This document shows positions 23,435 through 36,685 of a stretch of 64,000 nucleotides of DNA, piece by piece. The DNA lies in NCBI RefSeq assembly GCF_963921235.1, contig NC_086109.1, positions 3,164,001 to 3,228,000 of the forward strand, given 5' to 3'. Each line of letters starts with the position of its first letter. The first letter of the stretch is position 1. The notes below the pieces were generated by a model. That model made no database searches and was not told the origin of the DNA. It saw only the letters and a list, made by a program, of their open reading frames with translations. Origin of the DNA: Mobula hypostoma (lineage: Eukaryota). Both the position numbers and the translations under genes were made by a program.

Positions 23435-25700
23435 CATAGAACATAGAACATAGAATAGTACAGCACAGTGCAGGTACTTCGGCCCACAATGTTGTGCCAA
23501 CCCTCAAACCTTGCCTCCCATATAAACCCCCACCTTAAATTCCTCCATATACCTGTCTAGTAGTCTCTTAAACTTCACTAGTGTATCTGCCTCCACCACT
23601 GACTCAGGCAGTGCATTCCACGCACCAACCACTCTCTGAGTTAAAAACCTTCCTCTAATATTCCCCTTGAACTTCCCACCCCTTACCTTAAAGCCACGTC
23701 CTCTTGTATTGAGCAGTGGTACCCTGGGGAAGAGGCGCTGGCTATCCACTCTATCTATTCCTCTTAATATCTTGTATACCTCTATCATGTCTCCTCTCAT
23801 CCTCCTTCTCGCCAAAGAGTAACACCCTAGCTCCCTTAATCTCTGATCATAATGCATACTCTCTAAACTAGGCAGCATCCTGGTAAATCTCCTCTGTACC
23901 CTTTCCAATGCTTCCACATCCTTCCTACAGTGAGGTGACCAGAACTGGACACAGTACTCCAAGTGTGGCCTAACCAGAGTTTTATAGAGCTGCATCATTA
24001 CCTCGCGACTCTTAAAACCTTTCCCTCAACTTATGAAAGCTAACGCTCCATAAGCTTTCTTAACTACCCTATCTACCTGTGAGGCAACTTCCAGGGATCT
24101 GTGGACACGTACCCCTAGATCCCTCTGCTCCTCCACACTACCAAGTATCCTGCCTTGGAGTTTTTCCTTCCAAAGTGTACCACCTCACACTTCTCCGGGT
24201 TGAACTCCGTCTGCCACTTCTCAGACCACTTCTGCATCCTATCAATGTCTCTCTGCAATCTTTGACAATCCTCTACACTATCTACAACACCACCAACCTT
24301 TGTGTCGTCTGCAAAATTGCCAACCCACCCTTCTACCCCAACATCCAGGTCGTTAATAAAAATCACGAAAAATAGAGGTCCCAGACCCGATCCTTGTGGG
24401 ACACCACTAGTCACAACCCTCCAATCCAAATGTACTCCCTCCACCACCACCCTCTGCCTTCTGCAGGCAAGCCAATTCTGAATCCACCTGGCCAAACTTC
24501 CCTGGATCCCATGCCTTCTGACTTTCTGAATATACCTACAGTGTGGAACCTTGTCAAATGCCTTACTAAAATCCATGTAGATCACATCCACTGCACTACC
24601 CTCATCTATATGCCTGGTCACCTCCTCAAAGAACTCTATCAGGCTTGTTAGACACGATCGGCCCTTCACAAAGCCATGCTGACTGTCCCTGATCAGATCA
24701 TGATTCTCTAAATACCCTTAGATCCTATCTCTAAGAATCTTTTCCAACAGTTTTCCCACCACAGACGTAAGGCTCACTGGTCTATAATTACCCGGACTAT
24801 CCCTACTACTACCTTTTTTTGAACAAGGGGACAACATTCGCCTCCCTCCAATCCTCCGGTACCATTCCCGTGGACAACGAGGACATAAAGATCCTAGCCA
24901 GAGGCTCAGCAATCTCTTCCCTCGCCTCGTGGAGCAGCCGGGGGAATATTCCATCAGGTCCCGGGGACTTATCCGTCCTAATGTATTTTAACAACTCCCA
25001 ACACCTCCTCTCCCTTAATATCAACATGCTCCAGAACATCAACCTCACTCATATTGTCCTCACCATCATCAAGTTCCCTCTCATTGGTGAATACCGAAGA
25101 GAAGTATTCATTGAGGACCTTGCTCACTTCCGCAGCCTCCAGACACATCTTCCCACCTTTATCTCTAATCGGTCCTACCTTCACTCCTGTCATCCTTTTG
25201 TTCTTCACATAATTGAAGAATGCCTTGGGATTTTCCTTTACCCTACTCGCCAAGGCCTTCTCATGCCCCCTTCTTGCTCTTCTCAGCCCCTTCTTAAGTT
25301 CCTTTCTTGCTTCCCTATATTCTTCAATAGACCCATTTGATCCTTTCTTCCTAAACCTCATGTATGTTGCCTTCTTCCACCTGAGCAACACACATCAAAG
25401 TTGCTGGTGAACGCAGCAGGCCAGGCAGCATCTGTAGGAAGAGGTGCAGTTGACGTTTTGGGCTGAGACCCTTGGTGGTCACTGTCCCCCAGATGCTCAC
25501 CCACTGAGAGATCTGTAACCTGACCCGGTTCGTTACCTAATACTAGATCGAGTATGGCATTCCCCCTAGTTGGCCTGTGAACATACTGTAACAGGAATCT
25601 GTCCTGGACACACTTAACAAACTCTGCCCCGTCTAAACCCTTGGAACTAATCAGGTGCCAATCAATATTAGTTAAGTTAAAGTCACCGATGATAACAATG
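23435..25700 (-). mobile_element. CR1 LINE (second family), 5'-truncated, frameshifted
   Basis: GDFN, ILDLVL and GDSDH (APE); KSPGPDG, YMDFSKAFDKVPH, GVPQGS, FADD and RPHLEYCVQFWSP; (ttctatg)n tail at about 23435-23455. Confidence 0.93.
25385..25473 (-). mobile_element. Penelope pseudo-LTR fragment inside CR1
   Basis: Near-identical to 1628-1715; ends within hammerhead stem II. Confidence 0.85.
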
Positions 25701-25929
25701 TTCCCCTTAAGCATTTCACCTTTCTCCTTTAGCCTATGATCTCTAGGACCATATTCTTCTGGAATCTATCTGTTCAAATGGATTGATTTTGACAAAAGTC
25801 CTGGCTATGATCTACTGGATTAGGGTTAATGCTTAGATTAATATACATGCCCCCAGGACACCTCCTTTCTGTCAATCAGAGGAGGTTACAGTGGCCCATT
25901 AAGTGAACTCTGGGACGTGGGAGAACTCA

Positions 25930-26970
25930 CCAACGCCTCAGATAGCTGGACAATGTCCATGTCCTTCAACAGATGCATGATAAGGAAGATCTCAACATGC
26001 TGCATCACGTGCTACAGAACGACACCACAGCACACAGGAAGGTGGCCAAACCTGCCCAATGCATCACTGACACCAGCCTACCCGCCATCGAGGACATATA
26101 TCAGAAAAAGGCAAGCAATATCATGAAGGATCCCACCCACCCGGCTCATGGAGTGTTTGTCCCAGTCCCAACAGGGAGGAGGCTATGTAGCATCCATGCC
26201 AGGACCACCAGACTCAAAAGCACTTACTGTACCTTCCCCAAGCAGTGAGGCTGATCAATACCTCCACCCACCAACCCAAACCTCCACCCACCAACCCAAC
26301 CTCCACCCACCAACCCAAACCTCCACCCACCATCCCAACCTCCACCCACCAACCCAACCTCCACCCACCAACCCAAACCTCCACCCACCAACCCAACCTC
26401 CACCCACCAACCCAAACCTCCACCCACCATCCCAACCTCCACCCACCAACCCAAACCTCCACCCACCAACCCAACTTCCACCCACCATCCCAAACCTCCA
26501 CCCACCATCCCAACCTCCACCCACCAACCCAACCTCCACCCACCAACCCAAACCTCCACCCACCATCCCAAACCTCCACCCACCAACCCAACCTCCACCC
26601 ACCATCCCAAACCTCCACCCACCATCCCAACCTCCACCCACCAACCCAAACCTCCACCCACCATCCCAAACCTCCACCCACCAACCCAACCTCCACCCAC
26701 CAACCCAAACCTCCACCCACCAACCACCACTACGTTATCATTTCCTGTCAAATCACCTCATGTTCAGTCACTCCTGTGCTTAGTGTCATTTATGGAGATA
26801 TAATCAATCTACGTATATAAGCTATTTTATATTTATATTTATTGTGTTAAATTATTATTATCGTGTTCTTTACCTTCTTGTGTTTTTTTGTGTCGTGCAT
26901 CAGCTCCGGAGTAACAGTTTTGTTCTTCTTTAACTGAGTATTGGAAATGACATTAAACAAACTTGAATCT
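25930..26970 (+). mobile_element. Rex1/Babar-type LINE 3' fragment containing an expanded minisatellite
   Basis: LPAIEDIY..KASNIMKDPTHPAHG..GRRLCSIHARTTRLKS; 3' UTR resumes after the repeat. Confidence 0.75.
26260..26729. repeat. 19/20-bp C-rich minisatellite
   Basis: Unit cctccacccacca(a/t)ccca(a)a; explains the Pro/Thr- and Gly/Trp-rich ORFs here. Confidence 0.95.
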
Positions 26971-27114
26971 CAAATTTTCATATCCAGTAACTTCATGGGA
27001 AATGTAGCTGGAGAAAATCAAATGAAAATTAGGTTTATTGTCACTGGCATTAGTCATAAAGTTTGGTGCGTTGTGGCAGCAGTACAGTGCAGGCACAATA
27101 AATTACTAGAGTGA

Positions 27115-27252
27115 CACACACAAAATGCTGGAGGAACTCAGCAGGTCTGGCAGCATCTATGGAAACGAGTAAACAGTTTACATTTCAGGCTAAGCCGGGT
27201 CATTTTGTGTGTGAGCTCTGGACTTGCAGCATCTGCAGAATTTCCTGTGTTT
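27115..27252. mobile_element. Miniature fold-back Penelope pseudo-LTR remnant
   Basis: cacacaaaatgctgg...cattttgtgtgtg..cagcatctgcagaatttcctgtgttt, flanked by duplicated aataaattacta. Confidence 0.7.
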
Positions 27253-27369
27253 ATAATAAATTACTATATGTTACAATAAATAAATAGTGCAGGAAAAGAA
27301 TAGCGAGAGTGTACTCATGGCTCAGGCATTTGAAGTGGTTCTCCATTTCCGCTGCTGACACTGCAGTAA

Positions 27370-27640
27370 GGGTTGGAATATGCTTTCCTGACTTTCCCTT
27401 CCTGAAGTCCAAATCATTTCCTTGATCTTGCTGTCAGTGCAGGTAAGGTAGTTGTGGGGACACCACTCAACCAGCTGATCTCTCTCACCTCGTGTGCATC
27501 CTCATCGCCATCTGAAATTCTGCCAGCAGTAGTGGAGTTTGAGCTGTGCTTAGCCATACAGTCCTGGGTGTAGAGAGAGTAGAGCAGTGGGCTAAGCACA
27601 CATCCCTGAGGTGCACTTGTGCAGATTGTCAGTGAGGAGG
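27370..27640 (-). mobile_element. Rex1/Babar-type LINE RT fragment
   Basis: PQGCVLSPLLYSLYTQDC motif. Confidence 0.75.
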
Positions 27641-28261
27641 AACAAGGAATGGTCTTCTGGGAGAGGGAGGAGGTGGTGGCACATTAAATGCAACTGGGGA
27701 TTTTATCAACCACTGTAGAAAGGATAAGAGTAAAGGCAGACATCTCAGGCATCCTATACTAGTGGATCTGGTCCATGTCATATGCAATTATTTACATGGT
27801 TGGACATTAGATTTCAATTTGAATGAATGCTGGTTATCTGTGAAAATAGAGTAATTTCAGTTCTTAAGTACAAAGTATAATATTGCACAGTTTTTCCTTA
27901 TAAAGTTTCAGTAAGAGAAACAAATTAACTTGTTACCTATCACAAGCTCCTCTGCTTCATTCGTGTAAGAAGTTTAGTGTTGACAAAGAGAATAAATACA
28001 ACCCATCTCTGATGCAGATTTAGAAAAGTCCGGACCCACAGGATATCAGGTGCTTGTGTGGCAGCTGCTTCTAGAAGTTCTTGAATGCCTCTCCATAAAT
28101 TTCACACTGATGTACTCAGCATGTCAAGTGGAGAGATGCCTGCTGTGACACCTGTGTCCTACAGTGTTGCAAACCAGTTTGCAGTGTGCAATGACCTTAT
28201 GAATGTGGTTAAATCAATACCTCACAGCTTCCACAAGCATTTGACATATGTGGCTAATTAC

Positions 28262-28460
28262 TCTCTTACTCTCTCCCCCTCCCTCTCTCTCTCTCTCTCT
28301 CTCTCACTCTCTCTCTGTCTCTCTCTCTCTTTGTATCTCTGTCTCTGTCTCTCTGTTTCTATCGCTCTCTCCCTTTCTCTCTCTGTGCCTCTCTCTCATC
28401 TTCTCCCTCTCTCTCTCTGTCTCTGCCTCTCTCTCATTATCTCTCTCTCTCTCTCTCTCC
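28262..28460. repeat. (CT)n imperfect microsatellite
   Basis: Directly visible ct/gt-interrupted tract. Confidence 0.95.
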
Positions 28461-28659
28461 TTACATAGAATTAAGAGACAGTATTTTTGGATTATGGTCA
28501 TTTCCCTGCAATCTAGAATAATCTAATGACAAACATTTGCATGAGAGATCGTCTCCTGAAAATGTATTAGGTGGTTTCAGTGTGATCACCTGCACCATCG
28601 AGGATCGCTTCGCGGACAGTACATGCCGATGATTGAGTTCCTTGGCCATCTTGTGATGT

Positions 28660-29190
28660 CAGAATCAGAATCACGTTTATTATCACGGACATGAGATGCA
28701 AATTTGCTGTTTTGCAGCAGCAGTAAAGACAAAGACACAAACATCTATAAATTACATAAATACACGGCAAAATAAGCAAAAAAGGAACAATAGGTCAGGG
28801 TTCATGGGCAGCTCAAAAACCTGATGTCGGAAGGAAAATAGCTGTTCCTGAATCACCGAGTGTGGGTCTTCAGGCTCCTTATCTCCTCCCCAGTGATAGT
28901 AACAAGAATAAGTCATGTCCTGGATGGTGGGGGTCCTTAGTGATAGATGCCACTTTATGGAGCTTATTCCTCTTGAAGATGTCCTCAATGGTTGTGACCA
29001 TGATGGAACTGGCTTAGTCCACAAGCTTCTGCAGCCTCTTGTGTGTTGGGGCTTCCACGCCAAACTGTGTGATGCAGCCCGTCAGAATGCTCTCCACAAC
29101 ACATTGAAAGAAATTCAGAAGAGTTATTGGTGATATACAAAATCTCCACAAACTCCCAATGATGTACAACCTCTGGCATGCTTTCTTCAT
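28660..29190 (-). mobile_element. Rex1/Babar-type LINE 3' fragment
   Basis: (aatcag) tail and homology to the other Rex-type copies. Confidence 0.65.
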
Positions 29191-30404
29191 GATCGGTAGA
29201 GGAGCCCTCAGGAGACAGTGACCATAAGATGGTGGAATTGACCCTGCAGTTTGAGAGGGAGAAGCTAAAGTCAGATGTATCCGTATTATAGTGGAGTAAA
29301 GGGGGATTACAGAGGAATGAGAGAGGAGCTGGCCAAAGTTGATTGAAAGGGCACACTAGTAGGGACGGATGGAAAAGCAGCAATGGCTGGAGTTTCGGGG
29401 GGCAATTCGGAAGCCTCAAAATGGATACATCCCAAAGAAGAAGTATTCTAAAGGCAGGATGATGCAATCATGGCTGACAAGGGGTCAAAACCAACACAAA
29501 AGAAAAGGAGAGGGCATATAACAGAACAAAAATTACTGAGAAGATTAGGAAGCTTAAAAAAAAAACAGGCAGCATCATTAGGTGGTGTTGAACACCAAGC
29601 TATAATCAGGAAACAGCAAAACAGCAGCCTGTTTTGTGGTTGTCTAGGTGCCCCAAAGCAGAATGGAGAGTGGGTGAGATTGGCTGTGGTGAAGCAGAAA
29701 GATAGAAATAGGCTGATGGGGATTAAATTTGGAGGCAAAATTTTGCACTGGCCACAGTAGGATCTTTCAATAAGTGGGTTCGCTAATGCTAACAGTATAA
29801 ATTATTATCAATAAAAGAATTCTAATGATGATCATAAAGCACTTGTATGTGATGAGATATGACTAGCTGAACAGTATTTGTACTCGGACTATTTAATTTC
29901 TTTAAATCTTTGTCCTCTAGTTCTTTATCCCTCTGCTAGAGGAAATTACTCCTTCCTATTGAGTCTAAGTCCCTCATCATTTCATACAACTCCATTAACT
30001 TTCCTCTTAGCCTCCTCAGCTACAAATAAAACATTCTAACCTGTCCAATCACTCTACAGAATGACTATTTTGCAGTGTAGACAGGATTGTCTTAATGTCC
30101 TATGCACCTTCTCTAGTGCAATCACACCTCTCTTGTAACATGGAGACCAGGACTGTAGCTGTGGTCTAATTAGTATCAGAACACTTTCAGCATAAACTCC
30201 CTGCTCTCTCATATTCTATTCCTTGGCTAGTGAAGGAAAGCCCCCTGCCTGCATTCTTACCAACCTGTGAGTCAGGAGGGAGGTGTGACGAGGCTTCCAG
30301 TGAGAGGTGAGTGGACAAGAATATCGAATATGATGTGAAACACACATCACCCATTTCAGTGCATGTAACCTACACAGTGCCACAGTGTTCTAACAGTACT
30401 TCTT

Positions 30405-33400
30405 AAACACCAAGACATTCTGCAGATGTTCGAAATCCTGAACAACACACGCAAAATGCTGGAGAAACACAGCAGGTCAGGCAGCATCTATGGAGAGGGA
30501 TAAACAGTTGGCATTTCAGGCTGAGACCCTTCATGAGGACTGGAAAATTAAGAGGAAAAAACCAGAAGGAGGATGGGGAGGAGCAGGAGTACAGTGGGAT
30601 AGGTGAGACCAGGAGAGGGGAAAGGTGAGTGGGTCTGAAGAGCTAAAGGGTTGAAGAAGAAGGAATCTGATAGGAGGGGACAGTGGACCATGAGAGAGAG
30701 GGAAGTAGGAGGGGCACCATAGGGAAGTAGATAGGGAGGCGATGGGGAGAAGAGTAAAGAGGGAGACCAGAATGGGGAATGGAAAACGTGAGAAGAGGAA
30801 TTGGGGGGAGAAACTGATGTTTAATCCTATTATTTCTTCAAGTATTGAAGAGTGAGAGAAGTTAACATTCAAAAGGATAAATGGATCCCCAGCCACAAGA
30901 GGTTCTGCAGATGCTGGAAATCTGGAGCAATACACACGACGTGCGGGAGGAGCTCAGCAGGTTAGGCTGCATCTATGGACAGGTATAAACAATCGATGCT
31001 TTGGGCTGATATCCTTCATCAGGACTGAAAGGAAGGGGAGGCCTGAGTAAGAAGGTGGAAGAAGAATTACAGAGTTGCAGGTGATTGGTGAAACTTTGGG
31101 GGGGGGGCTGAAGTAAACTGCTATGAAGTTGACTGGTGAAAGGGATAAAATGGCTTGAGAAGGGAGAATCTGATAGGAGAGGAGAGAAGACCATGGGATA
31201 AAGGGAAGGAATTGGAGAAACAGAGGGAGGTAATGGGCAGGAAAGAAGAGAAGGTGTGTGAGGGAAACAAGCACGAAATGGTGAAAGAGAAGAGGAGGGT
31301 ATTTACCAGAAGTTGGAGAAATCAATGTTCATGCCATCAGGTTGGAAGCTACCCAGGTGGAATATAAGGTGTTGCTCCTCCAACCTGAGTGTGGTCTTAT
31401 CACAGCAGTAGAGGAGTCCATGGACTGACATGTTGGCATGGGAATGGGAAGTAGAATTGAAATGGGTGGCTGCTTTATCTGGCAGATGGAGAGAAGATAC
31501 TCGGTGAAGAAGTCTCCCAATCTACGTTGGGTCTCAACGATACACAAGAGACCACACCGGGAGTACCAGATACGGTATATGACCCCAACAGGCTCACAGG
31601 TGAAGTGTTGCCTCGCATGGAAGGACTGCTTGGGATCCTGAATGGTAGTGAAGGAGGAGGTGTAGGGGCAAGGAAGGCACTTGTACCAGGAGGGAGATCA
31701 GTGGGGAAGGATCAATGGACAAGGGAGAGATCCCTGTGAAAGGCGGAAAGTGGGGGTGGGGGGAAAATGTGCCCTGTGGTGGGATCCCCTTGGAGATGTA
31801 GAAGTTACGGAGAATTATGTGCTGGACTTGGAGGCTAGTGGGGTTGTAGGTGAGGACAAGAGTAACCCTATCCCTGGTGGGGTGGCGAGTGGTTGGGCAG
31901 AGGGCAGACGTGCATGAAATGGAAGAGATGCAGGTGAGGGCAGAACTGATGGTGGAGGAAAGAAAGCACCGTTCTTTGGAAGAGGAAGACATCTCATTAG
32001 TTCTGGAATGAAAAGCCTCATCCTGAGAGCAGATGTAGCAGAGACGGAGTAATTGAGAGAAGGGGTCGTCAATTTTACAAGTGACAGGGTGGGAAGAGGT
32101 ATAGTTCAAAGGTTCAAAGGTTTGAAGGTTCAACAGTTCAATTTAACGTCAGAGAAATGTATACAATATACATCCTGAAATGCTTTTTCTTAGCCAAACA
32201 TCCACGAAAACAGAGAAGTGCCCCAAAGAATGAATGACAGTTAAACGTGAGAACCCCAAAGTTCCCCTCCCGCACTTAAGCAGCAGTGAGAAACAATCCC
32301 CTCTCGCCCCACCGGCAAAACAAAAAGTGCGCCCGCTACTGAGCACAAGCGTGAGCTAAGCGGAAACAAAGACACAGACCTTGCAGTTACCCCAAAGACC
32401 ATCGCATTTCATCCGACATTCGGCAACCCACAGGTTCTCTCTCCCCCTAATAAAGGAGAAGGAGGTGACCCCCACGTTCACAGCGAGCGGGAGACATAAC
32501 AACAACCCGATGGTTTACAATGTTAAAAGTCCGTTTCGTCACCTTTTACGAGCTCTGTGCCCAAAGATCGCAAAGATCTCAGGTCTTCGGGCCCACAGCA
32601 AATGATTTTCCAGCCTCCCCGACAACGCACGAGTCTCCTGCCGTGACACCGACCCTCGATCTGCCTGTCTCCAGAACCTCAAGATCTTAGGCTTCCAAAC
32701 ACTAGGCCACCTCTCAGGCCTACTCTTGGCGTGCCGAACAACGGTCGGTCCTGAAACCCCGAGAGCGGGTCCCATTCCTGCAAAGAACCAAAGTCAGCGT
32801 GTAATTCCAGGTCAGGGCCTTCAAAAGAACCCTGAAAGGGAAAAATAAAGACATTAAAGATGGAAATAGAGCTGTTTCTGAAGATGCAAGCGAAGGAGTT
32901 GCCGTTTAGCGCCATCTTAACTCCGCCTCCACTTTAAGGTAGCTGTGAGAACCAGGTAGATTTATAAAAGATATCAGTAGATAAACTATCTCCAGAGAGA
33001 TCAAGAAAGTGGAGGGTCCAGAGATAGAGACAGAGAGATCGAGAAAATGGAGGACCAGAGATTGGGACTGTTTATCTACTGACATCTCTTACAAACCCAC
33101 TGATTCTCACAGCTACTGGGACTATATCTCTTCTCACCCTGTCACTTGTAATCAACCTGGCCTCAAAAATCCATCCTGCCCTCAAGTTTACTTGGTCCAT
33201 ATCCGACCCCTCCCTTCTATTTCTCAATCTCATTGTATCTGTCTCTGGAAAGCAGGATCTCCCAGTGGTCACCCATTTGAATTCGACTCCCTATTCCCAT
33301 TCTGACGTGTTAGTCCATGGACTCCTCGATGGCTGTGATGAGGCTATACTCAGGTTGGAGAAACAACACCTTATATTCTGTCTGGGTAGCCTCCAACCTA

Positions 33401-33791
33401 ATGGGATGAACATTGATTTCTCGAAATTCTGGTACTCCCCCCCCCCCACCCACTTCACCATTCCCCCATTCCCATTTCCCTCTCTCACCTTATCTCCTTA
33501 CCTGCTCATAACCTCCCTCTGCTTCTCCTCCCCCCCCCCATGGGCTTCTGTCCTCTCCTATCGGATTCCTCCTTCTCCAGCCCCTTATCTCTATACTTCA
33601 CCACTCCCCCTCGCAGTTTCACCTATCACCTACCACCTTGTACTTCTTCCTCCCCTCCCCTCACCTTCTTGTTCTGACTTCTCATCTTTCTTCCCAGTCC
33701 TGAAGAAGGGTCTCGAACCGAAATGTTGACTGTTTACCCTTTTCCATCGATGCTGCCTGGCCTGTTGAGTTCGTCCAGCATTTTGTGTGTG
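30405..33791 (-). mobile_element. Penelope-like (Neptune-type) composite: tandem pseudo-LTRs, RT C-terminus/GIY-YIG body and inverted 5' arm
   Basis: pLTRs at about 30405-30850 and 30895-31330; YTSSHPVTCK..PFSQLLRL..ICS (RT thumb); inverted plus-strand arm at about 33060-33791 with DISYKPTDSHSY and a hammerhead-like motif at 33695-33732. Confidence 0.85.
32105..32935 (-). mobile_element. Non-autonomous LINE-derived element (5' UTR joined to 3' tail), nested in Penelope
   Basis: Starts ggaggcggagttaagatggcg; ends with (tttgaacc)n tail; no RT coding; Penelope sequence resumes on both sides. Confidence 0.65.
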
Positions 33792-34034
33792 ACCCACCAG
33801 ACTGGACCCCTCCCATCACTGAAACTTATAAGGTGTTGCGGACTTGACTATTTGGATGCAGGAGATGTTCCTCCTGACTGTGGAGACTAGAACCAGCCAC
33901 AAGTCTCGAGCAAGGGGAGGGCACTCACAACTAAGACAAAGAGAACTTTATTGCATGTGAAGTAAGGTGAGCTTTTAAATTGTTTACCACCCTGAGCTGT
34001 GGAAATTCAGTTTCGAGTTCATTCTAGACATTGA

Positions 34035-34785
34035 TCCATAAGGATCTCATTGAAGCCTACCGAATGTTGAAAGGCTTGGATAAAGTGGATGTGAAGAGGA
34101 TGTTTCCTTCGGTGGGGGAGTCTCGGACCAGAGGGCTCAAAACAGAGGGACATCTATTTAAAACAGAAGCGAGGAGGATCATCTTGACAGATGGTGTTGA
34201 ATCTGTGGAACTTGTTGCCACAGCTGGCTGTTGAGGCCAAGTCACTGTATACTTGGCCCTATTTAACTTTTCAAAGAATGGAAAGTTAGCTACTTGCCAG
34301 TCTTTTGGGAACTCAGCAGTGGATGATGAGGACATGAAGATCTTGGTTGACACCACAGCAAGCTCATCTCTTGCCTTTCCCAATAACCTGGGATATATCT
34401 CATCAGGTCCTGAAGACTTATTCACCTTCATATTCTTTAAGAGACTCCTCCCTTATTTCAAAATAGCCATAACTCTGCACTGATCTCCCTATCTTCTAAG
34501 GCTTTTCCCTTGGTTAATACTGATGCAAATTACTCACTTAGGACCTTTCTCATGTCCTCCACCCCCAAACGGATGTTCCCTTTTTTGTCCTTAAATTGTC
34601 CTACTTGCTCCCTAGTTGCTCCAGATATATGTATAGAATGCCCTGGGTTTCTCTTTAATCCTTCTTGGCAATGTCTTTCCAAGGCCCCTCCTGGCTCTGC
34701 TAATTCCCTTTGTAAGATCTTTTCTGGCTTCTTTGCTGTCTTTAGAGGCTCAGTTTGACCTGAGCATCTCCAGCTCTGTTTCCTG
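34035..34785. mobile_element. Old CR1 fragments (plus then minus orientation)
   Basis: DLIEAYRMLKGLDKVD (plus) and KSSGPDEIYPRLL (minus). Confidence 0.7.
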
Positions 34786-34786
34786 A

Positions 34787-35684
34787 AACATAGAAACATA
34801 GAAAATAGGTGCAGGAGTAGGCCATTCAGCCCTTTGAGTCTGCACCGCCATTCAGTATGATCATGGCTGATCACCCAACTCAGAATCCACTTTCCATACC
34901 CCCTGATCCCTCTAGCCACAAGGGCCATATCTAACCCCCTCTTAAATATAGCCAATGAACTGGCCTCAACTGTTACCTGTGGCAGAGAATTCCACAGATT
35001 CACCACTCTCTGTGTGAAGGAGTTTTTCCTCATCTCGGTCCTAAAAGGCTTCCCCTTTATCCTTAAACTGTGACCCCTCATTCTGGACTTCCCCAACATC
35101 GGGAACAATCTTCCTGCATCTAGCTTGTCCAATCCCTTTAGGATTTTATACGTTTCAATAAGATCCCCCCTCAATCTTTTAAATTCCAGCGAGTACAAGC
35201 CTAGTCAATCCAGTCTTTCAACATATGAAAGTCCTGCCATCCCAGGAATCAATCTGGTGAACCTTCTTTGTACTCCCTCCATGGCAAGAATGTCTTTCCT
35301 CAGATTAGGGGACCAAAACTGCACACAATACTCCAGGTGTGGTCTCACCAAGGCCTTGTACAACTGCAGTAGTACCTCCCTGCTCCTGTACTCGAATCCT
35401 CTCGCTATAAATGCCAGCATACCGTTCGCCTTTTTCACCGCCTGCTGTACCTGCATGCCCACTTTCAATGACTGGTGTATAATGACACCCAGGTCTCGTT
35501 GCACCTCCCCTTTTCCTAATCGGCCACCATTCAGATAATAATCTGTTTTCCTATTTTTGCCACCAAAGTGGATAACCTTACATTTATCCACATTAAATTG
35601 CATCTGCCATGAATTTGGCCACTCACCTAACCTATGCAGGTCACCCTGCATCCTCTGAGCATCCTCCTCACAGCTAACACTGCC
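34787..35684 (-). mobile_element. CR1 LINE, 5'-truncated, same young family as 17431-19552
   Basis: Translation nearly identical to the C-terminal part of ORF 17776-19455; same (tttctatg) tail. Confidence 0.93.
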
Positions 35685-36685
35685 GCATGGCTGCTGCTCA
35701 CTTGCGTCATTACTGAGAAGTGTGCCAGCTTACCACTTCCTCTCCACGTTTGCCCTCGCACACCGTCAAAAACACACGTGTTCAATCTGTATGAATATAC
35801 AGTAACAAGGTTAATTTTACGCTTCTGGGTTCTAGTTTGGTGACGAGCAGCACAAATAAATCGGAAGTCTCCGGTGAAAGGCTCATGTATGTACCCAGCA
35901 GTGATGCTTCTGACACAATAGTCAGGACCTGAAGCTAAACTGAGCAAGTTAAAGTGAAGTTCTAGTAACTGAATCTCATATATTTCCTTTTTTTCAGCTT
36001 ATGTGCTAATAATGGAGAGGAGATACATTCCCGGACTTGAATTATGCTCCTCCACATGCCAAGCGCTGCCGCGGGAGCTGTGAAAATATTAATGGTCAGG
36101 AAATAAATCATATCGTGACATCCCTACTCATCATCCCGCTAACCACCTCCAACTGAGGCTTCACGTCTTCATCCATTTTGATGAGGAATGGAGTGATCAC
36201 ACTGCAGTGGCAGCAAGTTAATAAATGAATACTTCTCTCCTACATTATGTAAAGTAGGATGCGCTGAAGTTGTGCAGAGCGGCAAGGAGCCTCAGACTTT
36301 GCCCTGGTGTGCAGGGTCTGCTCCCTATTCTTTCTGCTGCTGTAGGATGCTGAGTCTCAGGTTTTCACCAGCACTTGCAATTTTCAGTGTCGCACTTCGG
36401 CGGAAAACAAATGCTCAGACAGAAGGCGGCATCATGCTCCAGACACACTTGCCAGCTCTCGACGGAAGTGTGTTGAACTTCACATATTTCTCTTTGTGCT
36501 GGAGAAGGCCCAGGTGATATGTTTTATTCAAGGATGCATCTTCTCTTTGCAATGTGCCTGACAATGCTTCTCTGTTTGATGGTGGCTGAGTGGTACCCGC
36601 CAAGCAGAGCTACAGTGAGACACTGATCTACAAGTCAATTACTTCTACTTGATCATCACTCTGTGAAAGGTGGAGATAAATAAAT

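Noticed and set aside
26148..26820. Extensin-like Pro-rich and Gly/Trp-rich ORFs
   Set aside because: Low-complexity minisatellite open in several frames on both strands.
28085..28526. Ser/Leu-rich and Glu/Arg-rich ORFs
   Set aside because: Translation of the (CT)n microsatellite.
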